A DNA stretch of 64,000 nt from Chrysomallon squamiferum (Eukaryota; Animalia; Mollusca), in NCBI GenBank assembly GCA_012295275.1, contig CM022671.1:19964001-20028000 (forward strand). Direction: 5' to 3'. Each line of letters begins with the position of its first letter. The first letter of the stretch is position 1. Under the pieces are notes generated by a model. It made no database searches, was not told the DNA's origin, and was given only the letters and a program-made list of their open reading frames with translations. The position numbers were made by a program, and so were the translations under genes. This document shows positions 1 to 13,423 of the stretch, one piece after another.

Positions 1-3000
1 ACAGTGAAAGGCAAACCTGTATATATCCATTTGGATTCAAATAATTATGATTATTTATAACAAATGGAAAAATAGTGAATCTTGAATATGAAATCATCGT
101 TATAATATTTAATTAGCATTACGAGATGAACCATTGCTACATAATAATTAAAATATACCGTTTGATTCATTGAACGTGATAAAATACTTACTTTAAAAAA
201 CAAGCCGGGGCATTCCCTGTTAAAAAACTGGTAGGAAGCTTGAATGAATAAGCTCAGTGTAACCCATAGCAACTGTACAAACGTGTCTTCCTGTCCCGCC
301 TCGTCAGCGTTTACACGACAACTGAGATTCAGATAATCTTCATTTTCCTCTACACAAATACACGCCTGAAGACACGTTAAGACAAATAGAAAAGTCAAAT
401 AAACACGGCAGCCATGTGAAGTTATATTATCATTATCATATAGGAATGCTCTCTTCCGGGTAATTATATTAAATGAGTGAAATTTGGATAGTATAACTCA
501 GTATATGATATCGTCTTTAACTAGAACAAAATTATTCATTTTCACTAAAATCATCAAGTATATTCAAGTAAAATTTTCTGATGTTACATTCTAGACAACA
601 GTTGCTAAAAAGAAGATGGCGAACTTTGTAACTCAGTTTTAAATGATACTTAAAGGCTGTTTTAATAATAAATTGGCTTTAATAATAAAACAATTCTATT
701 TTTATTATAATATAAGCAACTGAAAAATATATCAAAATTGCTTCATGATCTTTCTCTTTCTTTGTTTTGTTTGAATGTGATACCCTATATTCAAATGTGT
801 ATGTGTGAGTTTGTATTTGTGATTTTTTGTGTCCGACTGTGCTCAGTACATTTACGTCTGTAGATGTTACACCGTATCGTTTAGCTAAGAAAGTGAAAGC
901 TGTGAAAACCTACCTCTCCAAGCCTAAGAAGAACGCCGTATTTCCACAGATAACTATAAGAGTTAGATCGCCTTCCAACGAAGTGACAGTGAGCTAGAAA
1001 TCGCTTTGCAACATTCATTGGAAGACCCATGGGAAAAATAAACTGCCATGTTATCTGAATGTCGCCTTTGAAGGGCTTCACCGTCCAGTTGAGTTGCTAG
1101 AGTGAAAAAGACGAATGATAATGTGATATTTAATCAAATATAGAAATTATGAATTTTATTTGTAGTTCATAAAAAAGTGAATCACTGGTTGCATCTGAGA
1201 ATTATTGTAATAATGCTATCAAAATAATTTCAAAAATATTTTAACTGAAGACTTATATGTAAGAAATATTAAAGTCACATCCATCAGATATACTTAAACA
1301 GACAGCACACATTAATAATAAAAATGGTATTTGTCCCCGAACTATTTCTGACTGTGAAATTAAATAAGCTCAAACTAGAACTTAAGAACAAAATATCCGC
1401 CGCTCTCCCTATAAGTAAGCTAAAATAGGTAAAGTATTTTACGGGTCTGTTGTCTGGTAATAAGTCCATCAGCGTAGCACAGTGACATCTATGTACAGAC
1501 AGTCTGGTGTAGTTAGGTAACGCTAGGCCCTCACAGTTGTCTTTGCTGTTTATGTAGGGAACAAGAACTCCTAAACTACTGAGTAATTCCAGAGTGTTCA
1601 AAATCTGATCTTCGTCCAGACTTTGATTCTGAAACAAAAATAACATTATATCAACGATTTAGTAAAAACCCAGCTAATTTATATTTATGTCCTATTAAAC
1701 TTCATGGCGTATTATCAACCAAACTCAATTAATTTTTGTTCGTGTCTTATTTAGTCATGCTAACTTTGATGACGTATTTAGTTTATCAGGTATGTTCAGT
1801 TAATTTCTATTCGTTTCCTGTTGTGTTATATATTCAGTTTATCAAATAAGTTTTTCTCTTAGACATATAATGTAAATAAACGAAATTACCACAAAAGACA
1901 AAAGAAAAATTATATGTACCACCTCTAAGTCCTATTTATTTTATTGCCATATTTTATTATTAGCAAAGGATGGAGTTAAGTATAGTACAATACAGTATAG
2001 TATAGTATAGTATAGTATAGTATAGTATAGTATAGTATAGTATAGTATAGTATAGTATAGTATAGTATAGTATAGTATAGTATAGTATAGTATAGTATAG
2101 TATAGTATAGTATAGTATAGTATAGTATAGTATAGTATAGTATAGTATAGTATAGTATAGTATAGTATAGTATAGTATAGTATAATATAATATAATATAA
2201 TATAATATAATATAATATAATATAATATAATATAATATAATATAATCAGTCAACCAGACAACCAGATAACCATCCAGTCATCCAATCATCCAATCAGCCA
2301 ACCAATCAACTAAAACCCCAAAGATCAGTCAATACTAACCTGCCATAATAACGGAAACAACGATTCTCTGATTAATCCTTTCTGTGGTATGAGCTCTAAG
2401 ACACGTCCAAGGACTTGGGGATCTGGTCTTTTGAAACCTGAATTCTTGGGCCAAAAGTGTCGAGATTCGAATCTGAAGGCTTTTTTCTCATCATCAACAA
2501 GGCAGGAACAAATAGCATTGGCTAAATGACATGGATGGATACAGATAAAACGATTGCTTTCAACTGGAGGTAAACTTGATTTTGACTTGTGAGATTTTGG
2601 ATTAAAATCCAGTAATCCTCCCTTGAAAGTAAATAAATAAAAGAAATAAATGAGAATATATAGATACGAACAATTTTGACACATACTTTTTGTACATATG
2701 TGTATATATAATGTATGAATATATCGTATGTATGTATATATGTATGTATGTATGTATGTGTGTGTGTATGTGTGTGTACTTATCTATATATGAGTATTTA
2801 TGTGTTTGTGTGTGTGTATGCGTGTGTTTATATATGTATGTATACGTATGTGCATTATTACCACTGTTTCTAGAAATGCGGTTTCTTCTTCTATAGTATC
2901 ATCACTGTCGTCTTCATTATCCTTGACCTTCAGCTGTTGAAAATCCTCCCAGGTCAGCATCATCAACCCCGTTTCTCTTAGTTTGAGAATCTCGTCATAG

Positions 3001-3346
3001 AGTGAGATTGTACTTTGTTTGATAGTACGATCCAGGTGCGGAAACAAAACTCGATTTAGGGCAGTGTCAAGAATGGCAGATTTGAGTTCGTCGATTCCCT
3101 GAAAAATATGACAGAATGTTTCATAATTTTTATTCCGGAATGCTTTTATATATTAGTATAATTTATATATAGTAATTAAAGTTTTGAGATGTGTTCATGG
3201 TAATCATAATTTTGGTTTGATTCTGTGATTCATGTAAACAACTGATCTGAGCTGTTTTTAGTTGCAACGTTCCATCATATTTACCAAATTATATATATAT
3301 ATTTTTACGAATGTCTACCTACCTATCTATCTATCTATCTATCTAT

Positions 3347-3414
<68 letters not shown>

Positions 3415-6400
3415 TTATAAAGAAGCCGTCAGCGAAAGCGATTACAATTTAATAATTTGTCTGCAATCGATTTCGCTGGCGGCTTCTTTTTATTAATTTC
3501 TCCATTGTACATTTTGCTTAGTTCCAAATTATGTTAGGTTTTTCTTTTTCTTTTTTTTTTTAACCCCTTTTTCTTCTTCTTCATTTTTTTAAAATTTTAT
3601 TTTTATATGAATTAATTAATAACCATAAAACAGTACATAAAAAGGATATGCATTCGTGACGTCATCGTACACACACTCAGAGCGGACCGAACTGCTGTAC
3701 ACTTTTTTCTAGCGATGTCAGAAGACATACAGTTATCACTCTGCTATGTACGAGATGACGTCATGACTAAACGCTTGAAGGTTTGAAATAGCTACATTCA
3801 GGTATTTTATAGCAATATTATTGTGTTGTTATACTTTGTTTTTAACGATGATTGGTCGCCCAAAACAATAGAGTAATCAGTTTCTTATTAAACTGTTATA
3901 CGTTTTGTCACAGCCTTTTCCAAACTGGGGTTTTGGTGGCGGGTGTTCGTTTGGTGATGTGTTTTCTTTTTTCTTTTTTGTTGTTGTTGTTGTTGTTGGC
4001 TTTTTTTCATTTAATTTACAAAATTATAATCAATCTCACATTTTCCGAAAACTGTCTTATTATATTAACTAAATTAAAATTCTTACTTTTCTGCTTGAAA
4101 TTTTGACTTTATAGATACGTGAAGGCAATTTCATGATGTTCTGCAGCGACTGTTCGAGACATTCTAGTCGTTGTTTTATCATAGAATCTGTTTTTTCCTG
4201 TTTTATCTTTCCTTGTGGATTGTTTTTCTGTCTGCTCACGTTTTCCTCGCCGGTATGTTTCATTTTCATTTCTTTGTCCAGCAATCTGTAACGTCAAAAT
4301 AACCATTTTGATGTGTTCTATAAATGTTTTTATATATATATACATATAGACACATATATACGTACAATGTAACAACAGTATCTTAGAAAAATACATGACA
4401 ATAAAAGTAAAATATTTAAAGTATTTAAAATTCAATATATTAATAATTTAATAGGAAAAAAAAAAAAGAAGAAGAAAAGGGTATAAATATTTTAAACAAA
4501 TCATTAAATAGATTGTTTCTATTACTTTAATTCTTCAATTTCTTTTTCAATTCCAATTCTGCGAGATTCTTCACATGACGTCAGATCTTGCAAAACATCC
4601 TGTCCACTAGATGTCGCTATTTTGTTTCTGTCGACTGTTTCATTCTGGAGTTCGACAAGAAACACTGGATTTCTTGGCGTCTAAAATAACAGCGATAAAA
4701 AGAAAATAAGTACGATAACTGTAATTACATTTCCCGGTCAGACTAACAGAAAATAATCAATTCCTGTACCAGTAGTACAACAAGAAGAGATAATGTGTTA
4801 AAATTTATGTTTTAGATTTTTCAGTATTTTACCAGCGTTTTGTTTGTGGCAGAAATATACAGAATTAATTAATTTACTGAATTAAAGAAAATACTTAAAA
4901 TATAGAAAAAAATAAAAATAAAAAACAGACAGACCGACAATAAATTAGGTAAATAGATATTAGATAGATGAAAATGCATAATTTCTTATGAAATTATTAA
5001 TGACAAGTACTGAAATATTTATCATTAACACAGCTAGTTTCAGAAGACAGCAGTCTGAATTTATTTTAGAATATTCTGAATATATATCCTTTGTTATATT
5101 ATTATTATTATTATTAATGTTGTTGTTGTTGTTGCTGCTTTTGTTATCGTCGTCATCATTACAATTTATTATTATTCTTAACAAAACATACCTTTTGCTG
5201 TATCATTCTAAAGAAAGAGAATATTCTTTCACTGTTTTTCTCCATGCTACTGTTAAAAACAACCACACAAATGGCCGCCGCTGTCAGACATATTGGATAC
5301 ACACTTTGGCAGATCTGAAAATCATAACAGTGACACACAAACGTAAATGTTGGTATATGTCTGAATTTATTCATTTCTGCATATTTTAAATTATGAATTT
5401 TTAAAGATATATACACATACATACATACATACATTCAGATGCACATATATGTCTGCTCCCGTGGATACACACGTAAGAATGTATGTACACATATGTATAC
5501 ATACACATTATAATCATTTACACATAGGAACAAACAAAATACATACTTGGGTACAAACAAACATACATACACACACATATATGATATACTACTACTATTA
5601 CTACTACTACTACTACTACCACATATGCTACTTCTACTTTTACTTCTACTGCTGTCAACTGTACTCCTATTAGTTATCACTACTACGCTATCACTACTAC
5701 TACTACTACTATTATTACTATTACTGCTACTACTACTACAACTACTACTATAACTACTACTAGTACTACTACTATTACTACTACTACTACTACTACTATT
5801 ACTACTAATAATAATACTAATAAATCTATACCTGGCGTGCAGACATATTCCAGATCTCTATGGTAAGATGATGTTCCTCGCCTGTCAATTTCTTACCAAC
5901 AAGCTGCTCTGAAATAACCAGTTTTTAAATCGGTTACAAAACAGAAAATATTTACTGTTTTTTATGTCACATCTGAAGAATGAGGACATGACACACACTA
6001 GTATTAAGACGTTTCGTGATTCTGCTGAAAATCCTAGAGCCTTTAATTAATTAAAGATCATTGTAATGTCGTTTAATTTTTATGGGTAGACGGACAACTT
6101 TTTATTTTACTTCATTAGATTTAATAATCTTAATCGTTTAAAGAATAACGAAAATAAAGCTATAATATTTATTTATCTGTCTATTTTCTAATATCACTGA
6201 TAACTGCTGTGATTTGAGAATCATCCATTTTTAATATTCTGATATTTATGAAGTAATTACGAAGATACATCGGTTACATTTAAAATTACTTGGCCTGTTT
6301 ACTCAAAGGGTAGATATATTTATTTATTTTTCTAATACTTGCCATTTGATTTAGAATTTTTGAAAGGATACCAGATAGATACGCTGACCCCTTCAGTGAT

Positions 6401-6732
6401 TTTGTCAGAAAATTTCAGAGAAGGACCAATTAACGACTGAATAAAGTCTGGTAATCCACAGCCAAAATCTCCCATCACAAACATTTTCATTCTGTGTATT
6501 AATAATAATAATATTATTATTACAACAACAACAACAACTAAAATAACAACAACAATAATAGTAAGAATAGATCATAATAACAATGGTAATATAACAATAA
6601 CGACAACAACAATAATAACAATGGGGAAGGTCAAACGTTAATGATATAATAACAATAGCAACGACGATAATGCTGATAATTTCAATCTCTCTGATTCATA
6701 CAAATGAAAACAGACAGTTATAAATACATATT

Positions 6733-6765
<33 letters not shown>

Positions 6766-7177
6766 CTGTAAATATGTATATGCATACATACATACAGACA
6801 TAACATACAAATATACATACATATATACACACATACATTAATTCAAAGTAAAAAAAAGGTTATATGTGACAATAGTATTTTCAAAAAAATAAATAGCAAT
6901 AAAGTAAAATATTTAATTTTATTAAAATGTTAATACACTAATAGGTGAAAAAAGAAAAAGAAAAAAAGAGAGAAATAATAAAAGTATTAATAATTAAAAA
7001 AAAAAGAAGAAAGAAATCAACTGAAATATCTTTACAAATCGGTAATATTTTTATTAAATAAAAAGAGGTAAACAACAGAACAACGGTTTACCTAAATAAC
7101 GGTCCTGGACAAACTGCTTCTTCTTCACTGGAAAATACACTGTCCTCACTGCAAATCTCCATGTTCAGCGTTTCCAT
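1..7177 (-). CDS. Roco-family (ROC-COR, MFHAS1-like COR) protein with degenerate GTPase motifs; 3' end lies outside the window
   Basis: Twelve phase-consistent exons: 7177-7092, 6491-6343, 5908-5832, 5314-5192, 4680-4526, 4285-4087, 3098-2862, 2621-2340, 1628-1443, 1096-914, 365-192, 16-1 (about 620 aa in the window). ROC-like segments: [89 protein letters not shown]-like segments: [52 protein letters not shown]. The start ATG at 7177 is inferred. Confidence 0.8.
1979..2246. repeat. Compound pentanucleotide microsatellite (TATAG)n followed by (TATAA)n, intronic
   Basis: Directly visible tandem array. Confidence 0.97.
3324..3412. repeat. (CTAT)n and (TA)n microsatellite
   Basis: Directly visible. 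Confidence 0.95.
3419..3489. other. Intronic inverted repeat / hairpin with 28-bp arms and a 15-nt loop
   Basis: Left arm aaagaagccgtcagcgaaagcgattaca versus the reverse complement of the right arm aaagaagccgccagcgaaatcgattgca: 3 mismatches. Confidence 0.85.
3657..3763. promoter_or_regulatory. Pair of palindromic CRE (TGACGTCA) sites in a Roco intron
   Basis: TGACGTCA at 3657-3664 and 3756-3763, with a third copy at 4576-4583; function is inferred. Confidence 0.4.
5587..5820. repeat. Degenerate (ACT)n trinucleotide repeat
   Basis: Directly visible. Confidence 0.95.
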
Positions 7178-7737
7178 GACGACCAATGATGGAGTGATGT
7201 GTTTAATATAATTCAACAGACGACGGGCATTGGGTAACGGTCTGAGAAAATGTGCAGGTGCTTGTTAAAGATTATTGGTCAACATACAAACAATCTGATA
7301 AACAGCTTACAAAGGTGTTCAAACAAAATCTTGTCACAGAATGGCACTGATAGCGTTTTCAAGACTTTCTAGAAAATCGTTAGAAATATTTCAAGATAAA
7401 GTGGTCCTATATTATTTATGGAGATGAATTTCCGATTCATCTAGTGCTGATATGATAGTGTCACCCGTAATGCTGAATATTTCATGTGTGTATTTTAATC
7501 ATCACGTATCTGTTTTTAAAACATTTGCTCATTTTTTGTCTGTCCGTGTTGCTTCTCATTCTTTTGAAAATTAATGATTTTTGCACAAAAGAAAATCATT
7601 CTCAATATTTCTGTGGTTTACAGATATATTTATTGCATAACATCGTTTCATTTCAGGTTTTTGGGTTGTTTTTTTTTATGTGTTTTTTAAAATTATTTTC
7701 TAAGGATATTTTGCAATGCAAAAAAGAAAGATTAAAG

Positions 7738-7769
<32 letters not shown>

Positions 7770-8169
7770 CACACAGAAGAAAATCCACCAGTTATAATGG
7801 AATAATTGATTTCTTTTGTAGAATAGAATAAAACAAAATTACTCTTCTCAAAATATTATTGTAAATAACCATATTTCATATTTCGCAAATATAAGTTATA
7901 ACTCAGCATATATAAAAAAGTGTTTATGCAAAGAAAAAAAAAATTAAATCGAAGTGCTGCTGCAGAAAAATATTTAAGTTATTTTATTAGTCTAACATTT
8001 TACAATTATTATAATTAAAATGGATTTTTCATAAAACAAATTTCTGTATTTAATGAATAATGAAAGACATGTTTAAAAGTGCAGCTGCTACCGCGTACAA
8101 TGTAATTACTAACTATAGTCGTAAATATTAAAAAGTAAAACTGCCATTATTTCTATGACTATTAATTTT

Positions 8170-8600
8170 ACTTACTTCTCTTCTTCTTCTACTACTACAA
8201 CTTCTACGTCAACTACTACTACTGCTTGTACAACAACTACTACTACTGCAACTACCACTATTACTACTACTGCTGATATCACTACTGCTTCTACTCCTGC
8301 TACTACTACAACTACCACGTCTACTACTACTACTGCTAGTACAACAACTACTACTACTGCAACTACCACTATTACCACTACTGCTAATTTCACTACTGCT
8401 TCTACTCCTGCTACTACAACAATTACTACTACTACTACAACTACTACGTCTACTACTACTATTACTACCACTACTACTACTCTACCACTACTACTACTAC
8501 TAATTTCACCACTGCTTCTACTCCTGCTACAACAACAAGGGTCCCACTAACAGTTCTAAGGTTCACTTTCTAGCAACTACCACTATTACCACTACCTAAT
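8170..8600. repeat. Degenerate (ACT)n tract with a higher-order unit of about 111 bp (two full copies and one partial)
   Basis: Unit starts actgcttgtacaacaac (8221) and actgctagtacaacaac (8332); partial third copy near 8500. Confidence 0.85.
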
Positions 8601-8772
8601 TTACTAGCATTAATGTTAACTCTTTATCTAACAGTTCAAGGTTCAGAGTCTTTATATGTATGCTATTTATTTCTAGTGTTGCTATATATAAATGTTAATT
8701 TATCTGCTTCTCTTTGTATGTATGTATTTATAAATATATATAAATGTATTTATGTATTTATGTATCTATGTA

Positions 8773-8815
<43 letters not shown>

Positions 8816-9744
8816 ACAGACAGACACAGATATACATGTCAGTAAATGAGAACTCTGTAATTTTGAAATAGTGATAATGACAAAACAGAACACCCTGTTA
8901 ACTGATATCATGTTCGTGTGATAATTTCAATACAAAACTTTACACATAAGTAAATATGTTGAGAACACAGTGTCTGTTATAATACGTTCAACTACAAAAC
9001 AAACTATGTGCTAAATGGTGACTATGGTGATCAGTAATCTCTTTCACGTGTTCATTTTACCACATTTGTTGGTGTTAATAAATATGCTCCTAAAATATGG
9101 AGCCTTCACACCAACAAAGGCATCATACCTGGAATCATTCACATGCATTTTTAAAAATTCAGGTAGATATTTAGCAAACCAAGAAGGTTATTTAAATTTA
9201 GATCACAGAAAAGCAAAAGTAATAAAGGCTGCGTAAATAAATACTATTAAATAAAGTTGCGGGGGTGTAAATGCTTTCAAATCAGAATTGTGAAATAAAG
9301 GCGGCCATCTTGTGGCAGCAGCTGTACATTGAGTCCATTTTACCGTAAATTAAAATCAGTCATTACGTATCCATTATGTAGGAAAGAAAATCAAAATTAT
9401 TAGAAAATGTTATTCAGGTCAACGTTTGATTTAAATTTATATTTTTTGAAATTATTTCGCATAACATGTAAACTGGTATTTAAGGAATATGGAATGTGAC
9501 CTTTAAAAGAAACGTCAATATTTAATATGTCTCTAGAAATATGTTTCTTTTTTAAACATATTCATATTTTATTTCCATTTAGTTTATCTGGTTTCAAGGC
9601 AGGAAGGAAATTTATCTTTAAGAAAATATCATCTGAAAACAGCAAATTTAATAATTAATAAGACGAAAATGGATATTCTTAAATGTTTATGTGTGTGTTT
9701 AAGTATTTATGTCCTTATGTAACACGTGTACATACACAAACAAT

Positions 9745-9775
<31 letters not shown>

Positions 9776-11488
9776 CTATTAATTTACTTCGTTTTACCGC
9801 CCCCCCCCCCCTCGCTACTAGCTATCCGCCAAACCTCAACGATTCGGACAACACATTCTAATGTAAACGCATAGTAAAATCACGGAATAAAGTGCTACCA
9901 TCCGATCTTGTCTACGATCATCAAAATCTGTATAAATCAAAAACAAATTTCATTTAGCCTCGCATTACATGAATAAAAACTATATTTCTCTCTAGAGTTA
10001 TTTTCTAAAACTTCAGAAGAAATCAGCTTGGCACGGCATTACAGAAAATGTTTTTATATTTGATGTTATCAGGTTGCTGCAATTAGCTCACTGCGTGTTG
10101 GTACTTGTTACTTTGCCAAATTTTCATTCGCTGAATATGCGACCTTTTCGGAACTTGAACAGTAATTCAAAATCCTTCCTTTGTTTTTTTCTGTTTTTTT
10201 TTAATCTGCTCTGTAACGATTTAGATTTTTTTAAACATTATGTGTTCCCCAAGAAAAATTGTGCGTCAAATAAATTTATAAATAAAAATGTTACTTGATT
10301 ATTAACAGAAATATCCTTAGCCCTTCCCCTCTGCTCCTGCTTTGTATTGCAAAACAGTATGCTATCCCAGATTGATTTCCTGATATCAGTAAATTAAAAA
10401 CAAACATCTATCAAGAGTTCTTTGGGAAAAATTAAATGAAAAATCTGCATCCGATGTAAATGGTTCAACGATTAGTTTTTTTTGTTTTTTTTAAATTTGT
10501 TTTTTATTACTTACCATTTTATCGAAAATAAATTGGTCTGTAACTCAGCATACTGTTAGTAATTCTGTAGGACAGTTAGACAAGAACTGGGATATTTCTA
10601 AGTCAGTAACCAGAATTTGGTGCATTTATAACCTAATAATATCAGAAAATACGTTATACCATCCAGCTCGTTATAACGTCAAAACCAGTTGGGTACCATT
10701 GTTTGTATATAAAGATGTTTGATAGATGTCTGATATGTATGTCCGTATGCACGTGTTCATACCACTACTGTTTGCACGTGCGTAAGTAGGTATGTATGGA
10801 GGATTAATTGTTCATGATGCGCCCATTAGGTTCTATTCGATTTCAGCCAAAGCTCTTTGACTGTCATATAAAACTTAAAAGCATGTGCTTTCCCCATCAA
10901 GTGGAAAATATATACTTCAATTTCTCTGATGCTAATATATAATAATAAAGGTTTCTTCCTTTATATCATCATGGCATATATATATATATACATATTTTTT
11001 TTTTATTATTTTTTTTTTTAAAATAAAAATCATGTTTGGCACTTACAACCATTTATATTAAGCAATTTTCCTTTCATTGTTGACACCGACAAACAACAGA
11101 ACTATCTATTATAAATCATTCCATGTCTTCAGCCTTGTTATTACCTGTCAGAATTTCCAAACGTTGTTTATTTTCTCTGTCAGTCACGTCGATATTGCTA
11201 CCTTTATCTGAAGTGAAAATCAATGTGTTATGTTATTAATACAAAGAAAATTGTCAGGCATTAAGTGATAGTTGTGTTCGTCGGCTGAGACAAGGACGAT
11301 AACAAAAACACTGCGAAAACATTTATCACATATCCAAGAGGCTAAGTTAATGTTGTTAATGGGGTTATATTGCATTGATAAAAGAAAAAAAATTGGTTTG
11401 TGAAAAGCAAACATTCATGGACACACACACACTCCATGCTAATCGGTTAATTTATTTATTTATTAATTTATTTTATTTATTTATTAAC

Positions 11489-11542
<54 letters not shown>

Positions 11543-11996
11543 TCAAGAAAAATATTTGTAATAATGGGAGGGACTTCTCAGTTGTGTATATCAAAACATC
11601 TCTCTTTCTTCCTTACGATTGTTTTCTTTGCAATAGTAATTTACAAGTGTGTAATTTACAACTTGTTACTGTGTGATGGACATAGATGAACATACAGATC
11701 TTTTCTAATCCTATCATAATGTTATTGTGAATAATAAAATTATCAAATTCCTATATTTATTTATTTATCTAACACTAATACAAATACCTACTACTACTAC
11801 AGGCACTATTAACATTATTATTATTGCTATTATAATTACCAATAATCTATTCTAGTTCTATTTCTAGCATGCTATTTCTACTGTAATTACTTCTTGTTTA
11901 CTACTAGTATTATTAGTAATACTACTACTGCCATCAGATATTTTATAAAATGATATATTACAGTTAAAGCTCTTTGTTGGTAGGAATATATATATT

Positions 11997-12030
<34 letters not shown>

Positions 12031-12484
12031 AAATAAAAAAATATAAAATAAAAATATCTGGTATCATAAAAAGTTGATAAACGTCCTCACAATTATGTGC
12101 AAAAGACTGTTAGAACAAATCGAAGAGAAATATAAATAAATTCGATCTTTAAAGCCGACACTTTTCTTCTTTAATCATCAGTTCACAAAAGATAAATGAT
12201 TTTCACTTTTTTCTTATTCTTCTTCTTTTATAAAAAATAAAAAAATAAAATAAATAACACATAAGTTTTGAACAAAAGATATAAGAATAATAATCACAAA
12301 ACAACACAAACATGTAACAAAGATCTAAAAAGAGGCCATACGATTTGGGACAGGATAAAGGTAATCCCATTGTGACCAGAAAGATCTGCAAACACTTTAA
12401 TCAAAAGATAATGCAGTTAGCGGCCGCTTACAGAAATCATCCCAATCACTGATTGTTTTAACTCATTAACAGTTAGAACTGAGG

Positions 12485-12492
12485 TATATAAA
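12485..12492 (+). promoter_or_regulatory. TATA box of the homeobox gene
   Basis: TATATAAA about 90 bp upstream of the ATG at 12580. Confidence 0.65.
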
Positions 12493-12579
12493 TATGGTGA
12501 GTTGTGTTCACTTTAAATATTCCGGTTTTGTTTCCAGAGTGAACTGTTTATACGCATTCAGTTTATCCTTTTTATCATT

Positions 12580-13360
12580 ATGTCATCTATCACTGATTTC
12601 TCCATTGATGCTATTCTTGGACTGAAAAAAGGTAAATCACTTTCGTTTGGTAATCATAGGATGGACATGCGCTGTTTTCACTTCCTGCACTATTAAGAAG
12701 GCTGGCACGAGTTTTGACAGATATGATAATAATAATATTGACCAAAAGTGAAAACATTAAAAAAAATAATAATAATAAAAAGTTCCTTTCTTTTAATGAG
12801 TATTTCTTCGATCATTGCAAGTTCTTTGGTCATTAAAAGAAGACAAAAATAACCAAAGCAACTGATTCGCCAATGTTTTTGATTGACAGGGTCTACATAA
12901 ATTGACGTATTTTTGTTTTCTTTTCTTTTTTGCTAAATTTCATTTATTATTATTTTTAGAAAATAAGGCTGCTGACCACATTCCAAAAGCAGTAGCCCAA
13001 AGTGCTCTTATAGCTGGCCCACCACGACATCAACAACGCAGAAATCGAACAGTATTCACCGACAACCATATAATTAAACTACAGAGTATTTTCGAGGTGA
13101 ACCAATATCCGGACATCAGACTGCGTGAACAACTTGCTCAGGAAACAGCAATTCCAGAATCCAGAATTCAGGTAATTAATAAATAAAGATATTAATAATA
13201 TAATGTATGTTTTTTTTATTTATGATTTATGATATATTTTTGGCGGTATTTTAAAAGTTTATATTAAATCAACGTTATTTATATCTTCATCATAATACAC
13301 ATGCAAATAAGCATAGATATGCTTATTTATTTATCTGATTGGTGGTTGTTTTTGTTTATA

Positions 13361-13423
<63 letters not shown>

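Noticed and set aside
1960-2253. ORF encoding (YYTIL)n
   Set aside because: Translation of a pentanucleotide microsatellite inside an intron. It is not a CRISPR array either, since there are no unique spacers.
5315-5434. YDFQ in ORF 5159-5434 as the ROC G3 (WDF) motif
   Set aside because: It is the intron acceptor (gattttcag). The real G3 position is WNMSARQ in exon 5908-5832.
4960-5753. Many poly-Leu, poly-Tyr, poly-Ile and CV-repeat ORFs here and throughout the window
   Set aside because: Translations of (TAT)n, (ACT)n, (GT)n and (TA)n microsatellites
8155-8550. Thr-rich mucin-like ORF and its poly-Val antisense ORF
   Set aside because: A degenerate (ACT)n repeat that is open by composition; no signal peptide or convincing flanking exons
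10750-10810. Two CACGTG E-boxes and a GGATTA site upstream of the homeobox gene
   Set aside because: Short motifs that could be chance; no independent support for an enhancer
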